Positions 1 to 12,700 of a stretch of DNA of 64,000 nucleotides are shown here, one piece after another (the first letter of the stretch is position 1; every line of letters starts with the position of its first letter). The stretch covers positions 72,106,001 through 72,170,000 of the forward strand of contig OZ024747.1 in assembly GCA_964016885.1 (NCBI GenBank), written 5' to 3'. Both the position numbers and the translations under genes were made by a program. Source of the stretch: Eledone cirrhosa. Lineage: Eukaryota. The notes under the pieces were generated by a model. The model saw only the letters and a list, made by a program, of their open reading frames with translations, was not told the origin of the DNA and searched no databases.

Positions 1-589
1 CCCAGTTTCCATCATATTACAGGACTGAGAGTACAAAATTCCCAACAGGACAGTCAAGTGTATTTCCCCTTAGTTCATTGTATTTCTATTGTCGTCTCAC
101 ACACACACGCGCTTGTCGGGAGTAATGTTGTACATTTTTATCACAGAGATATACCGCCTAAACTGAGGTGTAGAATTTATTTGTGCGGAGTGGATTGGCA
201 GTATCGGTAGAGGGTCGGACACCATGCTTTGACGCATAGAGTTACGGCCCTTGCCATTCTGAGTTCAAATACTGCTGAGGATAACTTTGCCTTTCATCCT
301 TACGGGGTCGATAAAATAAAAGTACCAGTAATACACTGGATTAATTGCTGGCCTTGTGCCAATAGTAGAAACAATTATTTTTTTTATTTAAAGAAAAATG
401 CATGTCAAACAGTGTGGTTAATCCATATGGTGAGCAAATGGGGTACCACGTGCTGGCCTCTCCACAGCCCCGGCAGACAGGATGGAAAAGGTGTTTCCCC
501 AGAGGATGGTAAGGGATAAGCGCTGGAAGAGCCATTCCAATTTGCGAGGCTCACACCGTAAATTTTATTTACTTTTTAAATAAAATTTA

Positions 590-867
590 ATTACCTGACT
601 CAAAGTAACCAATGAGAATCAAATAATTCAACTTCCGGTTTGGTTTTTAAGTTTTAAAACAAATTTCTTAATTTCTCGTGTGATGTCGTCCACTTTACAT
701 TTTTTTTATTTACCAATTTTGACTTATGAGGGACATCTTGCTTTAGCACTGTTTCTTAACGCCTGTAAGCTAACAACTCTTTAAACAATTATAAGGAAAC
801 AGAAGAATACACTTTTATACCATTTCAACCATTGTTATTCACGGAAATAGATTTATATGAGGTATGT
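590..867. promoter_or_regulatory. Candidate bidirectional housekeeping-type promoter
   Basis: CCAAT (609-13) and ETS ACTTCCGG (631-38), flanked by a minus donor CAG|GTAATT (595) and a plus donor GAG|GTATGT (861). Confidence 0.35.
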
Positions 868-2487
868 TTTTTCAGTCAATCGTATTTTTTTCCGTTGATT
901 AATATGTTTAATTTTATTTGATCTTTGATAAATTTATCAGCACATCATCCTTTAAACATAGGCCGGCTGATCAACTCGCCATCCCCAAAATATCTTTAAG
1001 TGGTCGGTAAAACTACTAGAAATAGCAGCCAATTTCCCCTATTGTATAAAAGAGTCCTATATATAATAACCGAAAATATGAGGGTGTTGGGTTCGATTCT
1101 TGAATTTGGTTGTGTATTGTGTTCTTGAGCAAAACATTTCATTTCACATTGCTCCAGTATACTCAGCTGACAATTACTAACAGCAATAGCTGGGAATATA
1201 ACACTGTAATGGGCTGCTGTAAGAATTGTACTTTCAGGCGCTTATCGCAGTGGAAACTGGGATAAGCACCTGCTTGATGAATCTAGAGAGTTTTTAGAAA
1301 GCAGGATTGGATGGTCATTGCTGAATTGTCTTTAATCATAAACCTGGACAGTCAATAAAACAGAATGACGAATGTAGTAACTATTCTTTACACACACACA
1401 TATATGTGTGTGTGTAAAGAATAGTTACTACAAAGCACTATGGGATATGTAATAAACAACTAAGCTTTGAAACGTTGGTACAATGTGGTAGAAATATATA
1501 AAGGGCAAAGGATGACAAACAAAACAAAACAGTAATTTTTTACCCAGTATATTTCAGGGCTAATACTTTTTTTTCAAATATGAAACAGAAATGGTTTCCA
1601 TTTCACATTTGAAAAGATGGTATTAGCCCCGAAATATACTGGGTAAAAATTACTTTGTTTTGTTTTATTTGTCATCCTTTGCCCTTTGTATATTTCTACC
1701 ACTTTGTACCAACTTTTTGAAACTTATCAATAACAATCTTGTTTGGAAGCAGTACTAATTGTATTGTTTCCTATTTTAATGGCAGTGGATTGGCAGAATC
1801 AATAGAGCATCAGACAAAATACTTTGAAATATATACAATCACAGCCCTATATGTTCTGAGTTCAAATCCTGCCACGGTCAACTTTGCTTTTCATCCTTGT
1901 AGGGTCGATAAAATAAAGTACCAGTTAAGTACTGGGATCGATTTAGTCAACTTCCTCTCTTCTTAAACTGCTAGGATTGTGCTATGTACCATTTTTTTTT
2001 AACAAAATGGCAAGGGCAACTTTGCCTTTCGTCCTTCTGGAGTCGATAAAAATAAAGTACCACTGAAATATTAGGATTTAGTCACCCCCCTCCCCCTAAA
2101 TTGCTGGCCTTGTGCCTAAATTAGAAACCATTATTATTAATATTTGTATGGTGGATTAGCAGAAGCATTAGACTGCCAAACAAAATTCTTTGCGATATTT
2201 GTTCTGGCTCCTTAAATTCTGAGTTCAAATCGTGCCAATCTCATTTTTGTCTTTCCAGGGTTGATAAACTAGCGCCAGTCAAGTACTGGGGTCCATATAA
2301 TCGACTGATCTCTCATTTCAAATTGCTGGCCTTGAATATGAATTAGAGACCATTAATATTATTTTCACTGCATTACCAATCACAGCTATGTGTGCCTTGG
2401 GTATGTTCAATGTTTGTGCCGGTGTTGTTTTTTTGAAGAGGAAATATCCATTGTAATATTGTGCAGTGCCTAGTAGTGCTATTTTTG

Positions 2488-3636
2488 ATATAATAATAAT
2501 GAAATTATTGTGTACAGTGCTCAGGTGCACTACAACTCATCAAAGGTGCATGTATAGTACATAGAATAATGTACAAATGTCAGGAAAATAAACAGTGTAT
2601 GAGTCATGATATAATAACAATAACAATAACGAAATATTGTGCACAGTGCCCAGGTGCACCACAACTCATCAAAAAAGTGCATGTACAGTACATAGGGCAA
2701 TGCACAAACATCAGTAAAATGAACAGTGCACGAGTCATGATACACACATGTGTGCATGTGTATGGAAGAGGTACATCAGGTGTAGTTTTGGTGTATTTTG
2801 GGAAGCATGAGTGTCTTAAAGGATGCAGTGTCTCGGCAGCTAACAATTGACGCAGGCAGTTTGTTCCATGCTTCAGCAACTCTGAGCGTGAAAAAATGTC
2901 TGCGAAAGTCATGGGAGCTGTGCTGTTTTCTTATCTTGTAGGCATGTCCACGTGTGTTAGACACATGGAGATCAAAGAGGCGCTCAGGGTTGCAGTTGGC
3001 AAGATGGTTAAAAACTTTGTGGGTATTCACCAAGTCCATTGCCAGACGTCGGAGCTTCAATGAATCCATGCCCAGGGAAGCAAGGCGTTCAGAGTATGGT
3101 AGGTGTCTGATGGAGGGTATGCGCTTGGTTGCACGTCTCTGAACAGTTTCCAGGAGGTCAATGTTCCGAGCAAGATGGGGGTTCCAGACTGATGATGCGA
3201 ATTCCAAGTGTGGTCGCACCATAGCTGTATACAGTTTTAAATAGATGGCTGGAGAGCGGCTAACAAAGGTCTTGCTGAGTGATGCCAAGACACCCTCGGC
3301 CTTCTTGACAATCTTAGAGACATGCTTTGTCCAACGCAAATCGTTGCTGACAGTAATGCCCAGGTCACGTTCACAAGAGGACTTTTTGATGTCAGTGTTG
3401 TGGAGGGAGTATGTGGACGCTGGATTTTTCCTTCCAAAATGCATGGTGGTACACTTGTCCACAGCCAGCTTCAGTTGCCAGTCTGTGATCCATTGCTGCA
3501 TTGTGTCCAGGTCTGATTGTAGGAAAGAGTTGTAAATTTCAGGATCAGTCCTTTTGATTTCAAGGTACAGCTTGATGTCATCTGCATATTTTAGTACCGT
3601 GGCATTCTGTAAGTTGGCATCTATGTCATTAATATA
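2488..3636 (-). mobile_element. CR1/L2-type LINE 3' fragment with a tandemly duplicated 3'UTR (2488-2740)
   Basis: YINDID..KYADDIKLY..ERDLGI..LYTAMVRPHLEFASSVWNP..LETVQRRATK..FFTLRVAEAWNKLP. The ~130-bp 3' end occurs twice. Confidence 0.88.
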
Positions 3637-5343
3637 TGTATGTTCTATATATTTGTAAGTCCTGGGATTTTTCTCTTCGGCCAATCCCTCAACAGCTTTA
3701 TAAAGTTTCACTTGGAAAGGAAGGTGAGAGAAATGTTACCCCCTACCCTAGTACATTTGCTAAAAGTTGGATGAATGTGGCAAGAATGGCTTGTGTGAAT
3801 GGGCCGGGCCTACTCTGAGCATGCATCTGTAGGATGGTTGAATTGAGGAGAGGGGTGGCTTTGAAGCATCAAGTAATTCAGGATTGGTGGGGTACATGAG
3901 TCACACCTAGGTGGTTCTCCCCTCTATTGGGGTATTTGTATTGTTATATTTTTTATCGTTCATTTATTTTTACTCAATTTCATTGTAAACCTCAACTGTC
4001 CCTGTATTTTGGTAGTGTCCCCTATATGTAGGCCCTTGTACCCAATAAAGAAATTGGCAGTATCGGTAGAGTCAGACACCATGCTTTGAACCATAGAGTT
4101 ACATCCCTTTATGATCTGAGTTCAAATTCCGCCGAGGTTAACTTTGCCTTTCATCCTTACGGGGTCGATAAAATAAAGTACCAGTAATGTACTAGGTAAT
4201 TGCTGGCCTTGTGTCAAAAGTAGAAACAATTATTATTTAAACTGTCAGATAAAGATAATGTCCATAATCCACTGAATTCTTTAATAGTCAATGAGTACCA
4301 GGATAGCATGTTGAGATTGATGATATAGTCAGGGATAGAAAAACACTTTATCTCACATAAGCTCGAATCTATGAGATTTTGATATTATTTATTTTGAGAA
4401 CAGTACCTTAACATAAGTATGAGAAGCCAGTTTCAGGCGGTTTGAACAGAAAAAAGTGAGAGAATTCTGGCTGGAAATAGATGGTTTAAATGCTAAAGGG
4501 TTTTAAAAAAAAGACAAAAATAATGGTCACAGTTAAATACATTTGAACATTGGTCAGCTGGATCAAAGGCTAAACAACAACAAGATGATGGAAGCCATCA
4601 CTCTAATGACTTGAATAATTAGGACACTTTACATGTTTTATTTTAATTTGTTAGTGATATTTTTCTTATTAATTTTTTAAATATAAATAAATCTTTTTGC
4701 TTGTTTAACGGTTATTTGGCTTTGTTTTATAACTCTTTTATTACTATATTTCTAATGAAACATACTGTCCATGATTTTCAATTATTCTTGAAAATAACAA
4801 AGAATTTTGAGGCATTTAATAAAATACCCAATTCTTTCATTATTAAGCTAGTGTATGGAATATAATTTAACAAAGTTTTTTTTTTTACATAAAATCACAA
4901 TGAAAGGTTTAAATTTAAATATGAACCATTTAAAACAAATAGCTGTGTATCGTAGAACCAAGGGTAGTTTCAGGTAGTTTGGTATAAAAATGTTAGTTTT
5001 AACCCCCAAAATTTGTTTTTAAATATCCAGTTACTAATAATTTTTTTTGGTTATTGTTGTATAATTTTTCTTTATATAATATAAGAATAAGGAAGGTGGT
5101 GTAGATGGCTGAGAGAGTGGGGATGAGGGAGGAATGCTTTACTTGTATTTAGCATTACCCTTTTAGGTTTCAAGTTCAAATTTCATTGAAACCAACATAG
5201 CTGTATCATCATCCTTTTAATACAAATGGGGAGGAAATCAAATATACATATATAATTATATATCATATATAATTATATATATCATATATCATTTTACATA
5301 TATATATACATTATAGTTCGTATAAATCCATTCTCCAAAGAGG

Positions 5344-5393
5344 CCATTATGAGCTGAGGATCCGCTAAGGTGAAACAATTGTTCTCGGTATGG
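5344..5393 (+). ncRNA. Minimal hammerhead motif
   Basis: ccattatgag-CTGAGGA-tccgctaaggt-GAAA-caattg-TT-ctcggtatgg. A partial inverted copy of the same family lies at 25500-25579. Confidence 0.55.
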
Positions 5394-6099
5394 TGAACTA
5401 ACTGTTGTGTAACCACTTCTATATCATATATGTATATATATATATATATCATGTATATATCCTCTTACCTAAAAGAAATTGGCCTTGGGTTGTAGTAAAG
5501 CGAAGTATTTATAATGGTAAAATGTGGCAGTGTGTTAGCAGAAAAAAGATTAGAGTTGCATTAGTAAATTTCCTCACTTTCAGTTCTGAGTTTAAATCTC
5601 CCTATTTTTTTCAATATAAAGAATGCACAGAGATGCTATAAAATAGCTTATAAAATAAAGCAAAGACCCTTAAAAGACAGAAAAAGAAGTTACCATCAGC
5701 CACTAGCTCTTTTCCCATCTTTTAAGGGTCTTCACCCTATTTTATAGCATCTCTGCACATAAGCACATCATTCTTTATATTAACTTTATCTTCTCCGAGC
5801 TTTGTAAGAGTTCGAGAGATCAGCTACTATACACAATATATATTTTTTTAATTTCAAGGAGGGAGTAATAAAATTAAGTACCCACAGATACACAGGTGTC
5901 GATTCCATTGACTGTACATTTTGCCCTCCAAGAGGCAGGCCCAGTGTCACAACATACGAAAACATTTTACCAGAAACAACTACAAACTGTTACTGGAACA
6001 AAATATATAACAAAAGTTAAAATTCCTAGTTAAAAAGTTAAAATTCCTAAGATCCACAATTAAAAAGTTAAAATTCCTAAGATCCACAACAGTCCATTG

Positions 6100-6200
6100 T
6101 CAAAGGCTTTCAAAATCCACACACTGTGTTACTAATTCCCTCAGCTTGGGATTCTCCATGGCAGCAGCTATACGTTCTTTGTCATTTATCTGTCGGTTTA
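6100..6200 (-). CDS. CIAO2A: CIAO2A/FAM96A last coding exon
   Basis: Poly-T + GCAG acceptor. [33 protein letters not shown] fits FAM96A (INDKERVAAAMENP) better than FAM96B. The spliced CDS is 438 nt with no internal stop. Confidence 0.95.
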
Positions 6201-7243
6201 CTGCAAAAAAAAAAAAAAAAGGAACTGTGAAAATATTGTATTTTTTTACATTGAAAAAAATCTTTTAAATATGTAACAACAACAGCAACAAGTGTTTTAA
6301 GGTAATTTTCTTTGCTAAAGCAGGGTTAGCTTTGCAGGCCAAATGACAAGTTTCTCCATTTCCAGTTTCCTCTGCATCCCCTCTCACAAACCTTATGGTT
6401 TTCATTTCTTCTTCCATCATCTAGATAAATTCATTAATTTATATATATATGAATCATTTGATATTTAATATACTATTATATCATCTCTTCTCCACCCCCA
6501 TTAGACCCCAGCGCCTCCTGGACCTTCTCAACGCACCCTTGAGGGGCAGTGGCGCCTTCTTTGAGAACCTCTGATCTACAGCCGTGCCTTAAGAAAGAAC
6601 TCCTATGTAAGCACTAGCACTAAAGAGGTTGTCGTGCCTTTGACAGGCCCAACAGGTCCTTTCTACCCTATGTTGGCTTATTTTGTTCGTCAGCAACTTT
6701 ACAGGCATATAAAGTGCATACTTTTGGGTTGTCCCATCCAAAGAGACCTCTCCAAGCTAAGCAGTCTTCAATCTCTCACCACATTTGCATTTAGTCATCA
6801 ATATCATCACCGTTTAATGTCCATGTTTCCACACTACTATGAGTTAGATAAGTTGTCCTGTTGAGACAAGTTCAATCAGATGGCTGTCTTGCTCATACAG
6901 AACTGTTTCTGGCTTTGTTTCTATTAGATGCCCTTCCTAATGCCAATCACATTTAAAGTATAGACTTAGTATTGTTGCTAAATGTAAAGATTTCTACTTT
7001 AGCCACAAGGCCAGTAATTTTAGGGGAGGTGAAAGTCGATTAAATCGACCCCAGTACTTTATTTTATCGACCTTGTAAGGATGAAAAGCAAAGCCAGCAT
7101 TGGTGGGATTTAAACCCAGAACGTAAAGGGCCATAACTCCACGTCACTAAGCATGCTGTCTGACGCACTACCGATTCTGCCAATCTACCGCCCTTTGTTG
7201 CTAAATGTAATAAATAGCAAAATGGAAGGAAAACATTACTTAC

Positions 7244-7289
7244 TATCTTCTTCAATATCATGACTTCCTTCTTTTACAAATATGTCCAA
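7244..7289 (-). CDS. CIAO2A: CIAO2A/FAM96A coding exon 4 (46 nt)
   Basis: ACAG acceptor and GTAAGT donor. LDIFVKEGSHDIEED matches FAM96A LEIYISEGTHSTEED. Confidence 0.93.
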
Positions 7290-7447
7290 CTGTTAAATAA
7301 AACCACAAACAAAAATTAGTAAAATTTATATATGAAACATTCTGAAATATGTAGTTAAACTTTATTATGCTATTTATTTAGAAAGTACAAAGCTGCTTAT
7401 ACAAAAAAAAACCCAACTAATAAAGGGAACAAAAAAAAAAAAAAGAA

Positions 7448-7663
7448 TTAACCCTTTAGCATTTAAACCAGCCGTATCTGGCCAGAATTCTCTCACCGCT
7501 TTCTGTTCAAACCGGCAGTAACCAGCTGCTCATACTGATATTATGGTATTGTTCTCAAAATAAATAATATCAAAATCTCATAGATTTGATATTATGTGAG
7601 ATAAAGTATTTACTGTGAAAATATAATAGTAAATATAGAGTAATGTAAATGCTAATAGGTTAA
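7448..7663. mobile_element. piggyBac-like MITE (related copies 9941-10165, 53322-53518, partial ~4330-4503)
   Basis: TTAA-CCCTTTAGCATTTA...TAAATGCTAATAGG-TTAA termini, with a body shared among copies. Confidence 0.75.
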
Positions 7664-8784
7664 GCAACAAAAGAAAGGGAGAGGGGGAAGGAGTGACAGA
7701 CTACACCTCAGTCTGAATGGTATTTCAGCTGCGCCTCACGTACAAAATGGCAAAAGCATTACTGTGGAGAATAGCTAGAAATCCCTGCTGCAACAGCCAC
7801 TCCACCTTATGGGGTTCATGTGGGCCACTGTCTTTCTGATTTTATGGAGGTCATCAGTAGTGAAAGGACCAAGGACTCCAGAAGTCTTGATGGAAACCGG
7901 TGCAAAACAATAATTTACACTTTTACCTCCTATTTCATAATATTAGGGGATTAAAACACATTTTTTTCATAAAAATAATAGTAATGATAAGAATAACAAA
8001 TATAAATAGAATTTATATTTGAAACCTAATGATGAGTTTCACCAGGTTTAAAATGCCAACAACAGTGCTAAGACACAGATGGAAGTTAACCTTTTTCTGA
8101 TTGTATTTTTAATGAAATACTCACTATTTCAATTAATTAATAAAGAGCTTTGAGATAATTACTAACATTTTTTAAATATTTGAATGAACACATGGGCTCC
8201 GTAAGCTGTAGTGAAAGCAACATGTCTCAGAGAGCTTTCATTCTGAATAAAAACTGATACAATGTAGAGAGGACCCTTAAGTTTGGTCAGACAATCTCTT
8301 GCTGGTGGCATAAAGAATGCACCTAATTCATGCTATAAAGTGGTTGGTGATAGGAAAGGCATACAGCCATAAAAACTGCTGACAACTATGGAAAGCACAA
8401 CATCCAGTTCAGTTTCTTCTCACTCCTGTTGGAGGAACCCCTCCCTGGTTGACCCCCACCACTTTCTGTTTGGTTTTGGTCATGTCAGGGTGACAAGCAA
8501 AACATCATCAACATCATAATCATTATAATCACCATGGCCAATCCATGCAAGCATGGAAAAGCAGACATAAAATAACAATGATGTTTTCATTATTAAGATA
8601 GTATCTTAACATATGGTCCTTATATAAGATTATGTTGGGGGATTTTAATATAAATAGGATCTCTTTAAATGGGTGGTTTTGTTCCATATAACTTGAAATA
8701 GGTTGAACATCCTATAGGCCCAGCCACATGAAGTACATCTAACTTTTATATAAAATAGACAATAATAGAACATTGTAAACTTAC

Positions 8785-8834
8785 TTTATGTTCCTCAGGG
8801 AAGTCTCTTTTAAGTTTATTTCTCATACATAAAC
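8785..8834 (-). CDS. CIAO2A: CIAO2A/FAM96A coding exon 3 (50 nt)
   Basis: GAAG acceptor and GTAAGT donor. (G)LCMRNKLKRDFPEEHK matches FAM96A GLCLRVKLQRCLPFKHK. Confidence 0.93.
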
Positions 8835-9544
8835 CTTCAACACAAAAGAAAGTGAATTACATGTTTTCAGCAACTACAAATAGAATCATCATCATCATCA
8901 TCATCGTAACCACTACCATAATCATTGACATCACTGTTGTCACCACTGCCACTATATCATTGCTGTAGCCACCACCAATGTCACTGTCATCACCACTACC
9001 ATTATCATTGTAACCACCGCCATTGTCATCGTTATCAATACTGTTGTCACCACTATCATCATCATAGTAAAAACTATACCTCGAAGGTTAAACTCTTTAG
9101 TCGTGTCAAAGACATGACAACCTCCTTAATGTTAAGGATTTACATGATAAATGAACCCAGTATACTCTGTAAAGTGGTTGGTGATAGGAAGGGCATCCAG
9201 CCATAGTAAACCTGTCAAACAAAGGACTGGAAGGACTCTTCAGTTGTGTAAAAAAAAACATGACAACCACCCTAGTGCTGGTGCCATTTTAAAATATACC
9301 CAACACACTCAGAGAAGTAGTTGGTGATAGGAAGGACATCTAACTGTAGAAACCATGCCCAAACTGGAACATGTGTGATACATAGTCCCCAGCTTGTTCG
9401 AGAGGACGGTAGATATGATTGAATACTGTCTTGGGCTGTAGCAACCTATACAACCCATGCTAGTATGGTAAAATAGACAGTAAAGGATGATGACGATGAT
9501 GATTGCCAAAAGCTAATAGAAAATGGGAAACGATCTGAACCTAC

Positions 9545-9709
9545 CTATCAGTGAAGCCAGTGTACAGTGAGGAACTGTAGGAATAAATTCAATACGGATG
9601 AGAAAACATTGATCTGAAAATCGTTTTACTTCAACTCCTTCTTCAGTTACGACATTGAGATCTTCAAGAGTTTCAATTTTCTCTGGATCCTTGATTCCTC
9701 GAATGAGAT
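9545..9709 (-). CDS. CIAO2A: CIAO2A/FAM96A coding exon 2 (165 nt)
   Basis: CCAG acceptor and GTAGGT donor. Encodes [21 protein letters not shown]...[17 protein letters not shown], containing the DUF59 DPE and PTVPHC motifs. Confidence 0.95.
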
Positions 9710-12700
9710 CTGGCAAAGATTTCAAATATGGAAAACATATAATGTATACACACACACACACACACCACATACATATATATATATACATACTAAGAAATTT
9801 TTTAAATGGGTCTGGAATTGGCCCAAGGAAAATATGCTAGCTTTGAAATTCTATTTTTTTTTAAACAATGGTGTAAAATTATGAAAACACAAACTGCTTT
9901 ATTCTATTTTTAAAGGCAAATAATAGAAAGAATTAGTGAACCCTTTAGCATTTAAACTGGCCATATCCGGCCAGAATTTTCTCACCTCTTTCTGTTCAAA
10001 CTAGCCTCAACCAGCTGCTTATACTGATGTTAAGGTATTGTTCCCAAAATAAATAATATCAAAATCTCATAAATTCAATATTATGTGGGATAATTATGTG
10101 AGATAAAGCCTTTACCATGAAAATATAATAGTATATATAGAGTAATGTAAATACTAGAGGGTTAAAGGCAAATAATTCAGAAATGATTTACATCTGAAAA
10201 GAAGGTAAAAGCACTGAAATATCATGCATTGGGTAAAACATTACTTTGTTTTGTTTCATTTCATTTGTCAATCATTTGCCCTTCCTATTTTTCTACTGCT
10301 TTGAACTGGCTTTTAAAAAAAATTATCTGTCTTTTATTACATATCTTACAAGGCTTTGTATTAACTATAGTACTCTAAAATTTTCAACGTTTGCATATAA
10401 TAAATCATATTTTCAAATAGATTTGAAACATTTTTTTTTTTGCTTTATTGTGTGGTGTTAGAAAGAGCGGTATAGTCATTAGTCAGGATCTATAATTTCT
10501 ATTTTATTTTACTTTTGTAAATAAAATGTATATCCTGTTACATGGGAACTTCTATTTGTACTGAGGTGGGCCTGAAATTTTTTGACACCAAAAATGGGCT
10601 ACAAGGAAGAAAAGGTTGAGAAACACTGCTCTAAAACATTTTAAAGTTACCTAAAACATGACATTATCACAGGTGACAGAGAGGCTAAGGCAATGGAACA
10701 GTCAAGCACTCTTCACAAACATCACCTGATACTTTAGTAAGGTGAGCTGCTAACAATGACAAAAATTCCTTGTTAGATATGTGGCAAATGCCATGATGAA
10801 AAAAATGTAATTTACTGATAAATCATAGAATTTTGGTGCTTAAAATCCATTGAAAATATGTCCTATCTTTAAAGAACAGCTTACAATTGTTCAACTGTTT
10901 TCTAAATTCCATCAGTATCAAAACATACTGTCAACCACCCACCTCCCCACAATGAAATGAATTCAACACGAGGTAAATTTTTCTGTTTTAGAATTGTTAG
11001 ATGAATATATTGTTTACTTTTTGTTCTTCAGGGGTCAATAAAATAAAGTACAAGTCAAGTACTGACTATGAAGCAATCAACTTCTCCCTCCCCCAAATTG
11101 CTGCCCTTGTGCCTGAATTAATTTATCTAAAAAAACATTTATATATATATACTTCACAATTGTGAGGTTGCGAATTCGATTCCCAGACCTGCCGATGCAT
11201 TATGTCACTTTATTTCACATTACTTCTTCTGCCAGGAGTTGCGACTGGTAGATAGTATCATCATTGGAAAGACCAATGGAAACATTGTTTCCTTCATCTG
11301 ATTTGACGAGTTCCACTCTATTCTGTAAGCAAGTCTAGGATCTTGTCAATGGATGTAACATAACAACACAACTGTTTACAGATTTTGAGTATTATATATA
11401 ATACTATATATACATATATAACCCATGGTAGCGTTAAACGGTGATGATATATAATATATATATATAAACCAAGAAAGACCTGGGCAGAGGTGGTAAGAGC
11501 TGATCTTAAATTGCTGAGACACACAGAGATGACGAAGGAACGTGGCGAGTGAAGAGATGCTGAGCTGAAGAGGACCAGTCCAACCTATGAAACCATGGAA
11601 AAACGGACGTAAAAACGATGGTGATGATAGTCATTGGAATAGCTTTTTGATAGGCAGGACCGGTGCAATATTTAGGTCAGCAAGGCAAAATAAATGAAAA
11701 AAAATAACAAACAAAAAAAAAGAGTCAAAAAGAAGAAACAGGAAAAGACATAAACACTTCCGTAATTACACACTAGAACGGGAAATACCCATAGTGATAT
11801 TTTTAGTGTCAAAAACTTACACGAAAGTGTAAGTTGAAATTATTTTATTTGGGAAAAGGGGGTGCATATTGTAGAGCTAGCGTATCAGTGGCATAGATAG
11901 AATATGTACCGCTCGGGAGAAGCCCGTTGTATTTACCCCAACCCCCTCACCCCGCTTAAATACATATACCATAGTTTAAGACATTTTATATCGAAAATGC
12001 CCTTCAACTGTATGTAGTGACTTGACATTAAAACCACTTTTATTTGAATTAGGGCCAGCCTTATACAACAGACCCCATAATGTCACAAAGAACTGACCCA
12101 TTAGTTATGTTACTGTAGCCTAGGGTGCTAAATACCCAGGCGGTTCTGTCTACATGTCTACTTCTATCATGGCCAACCTTGGGATAAACAACGATATGTA
12201 TTTTTGTTTCAAAGTGTTAGTAACTATTACATTATACAAGTTGTCATAACCATGTCTGTCATAACTCCCACCTACCTAGAACTTCCGTTTACATGAGTTA
12301 GATCTCACGATGGATCCTCCGTCAATTTCCACGGTGAGCACTCAGTCTTTCGATCAACTGATCGTCCCACTCGTGAATTAACATGTTAGTGGCTGACTAT
12401 TTCATAAACACGTGTATCTCTTAACGTAGTACTCAGACAAAAACCAACGTTACACAATATGAGACAAGGTTGGGATCTTTGAATTCTGAAACGGCTCATC
12501 CGACGAGATTCAGCAGTTATCGCCTGTCCAATTTTACTTATATGGTTTGGATCGAGCGTTGCCAAAGATGTCAGTTAGTGGGATCGAACCCGTGATCTCT
12601 TGATTTCGAAGCCAACCTCTTAACCATTCAGCCACACCTGCGTCTAGAATAGTGATTCTGAAGTCGGCCTGAGCAATGTTTAAAATGGGCCTGGAGTTGA

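Noticed and set aside
1274-1324. C/D-box snoRNA (TGATGA...CTGA)
   Set aside because: Too short, with no terminal stem, and it lies in SINE-derived sequence.
6010-6090. CRISPR-like repeats
   Set aside because: A simple ~28-bp tandem duplication in the CIAO2A 3'UTR, with no spacers and a eukaryotic context.
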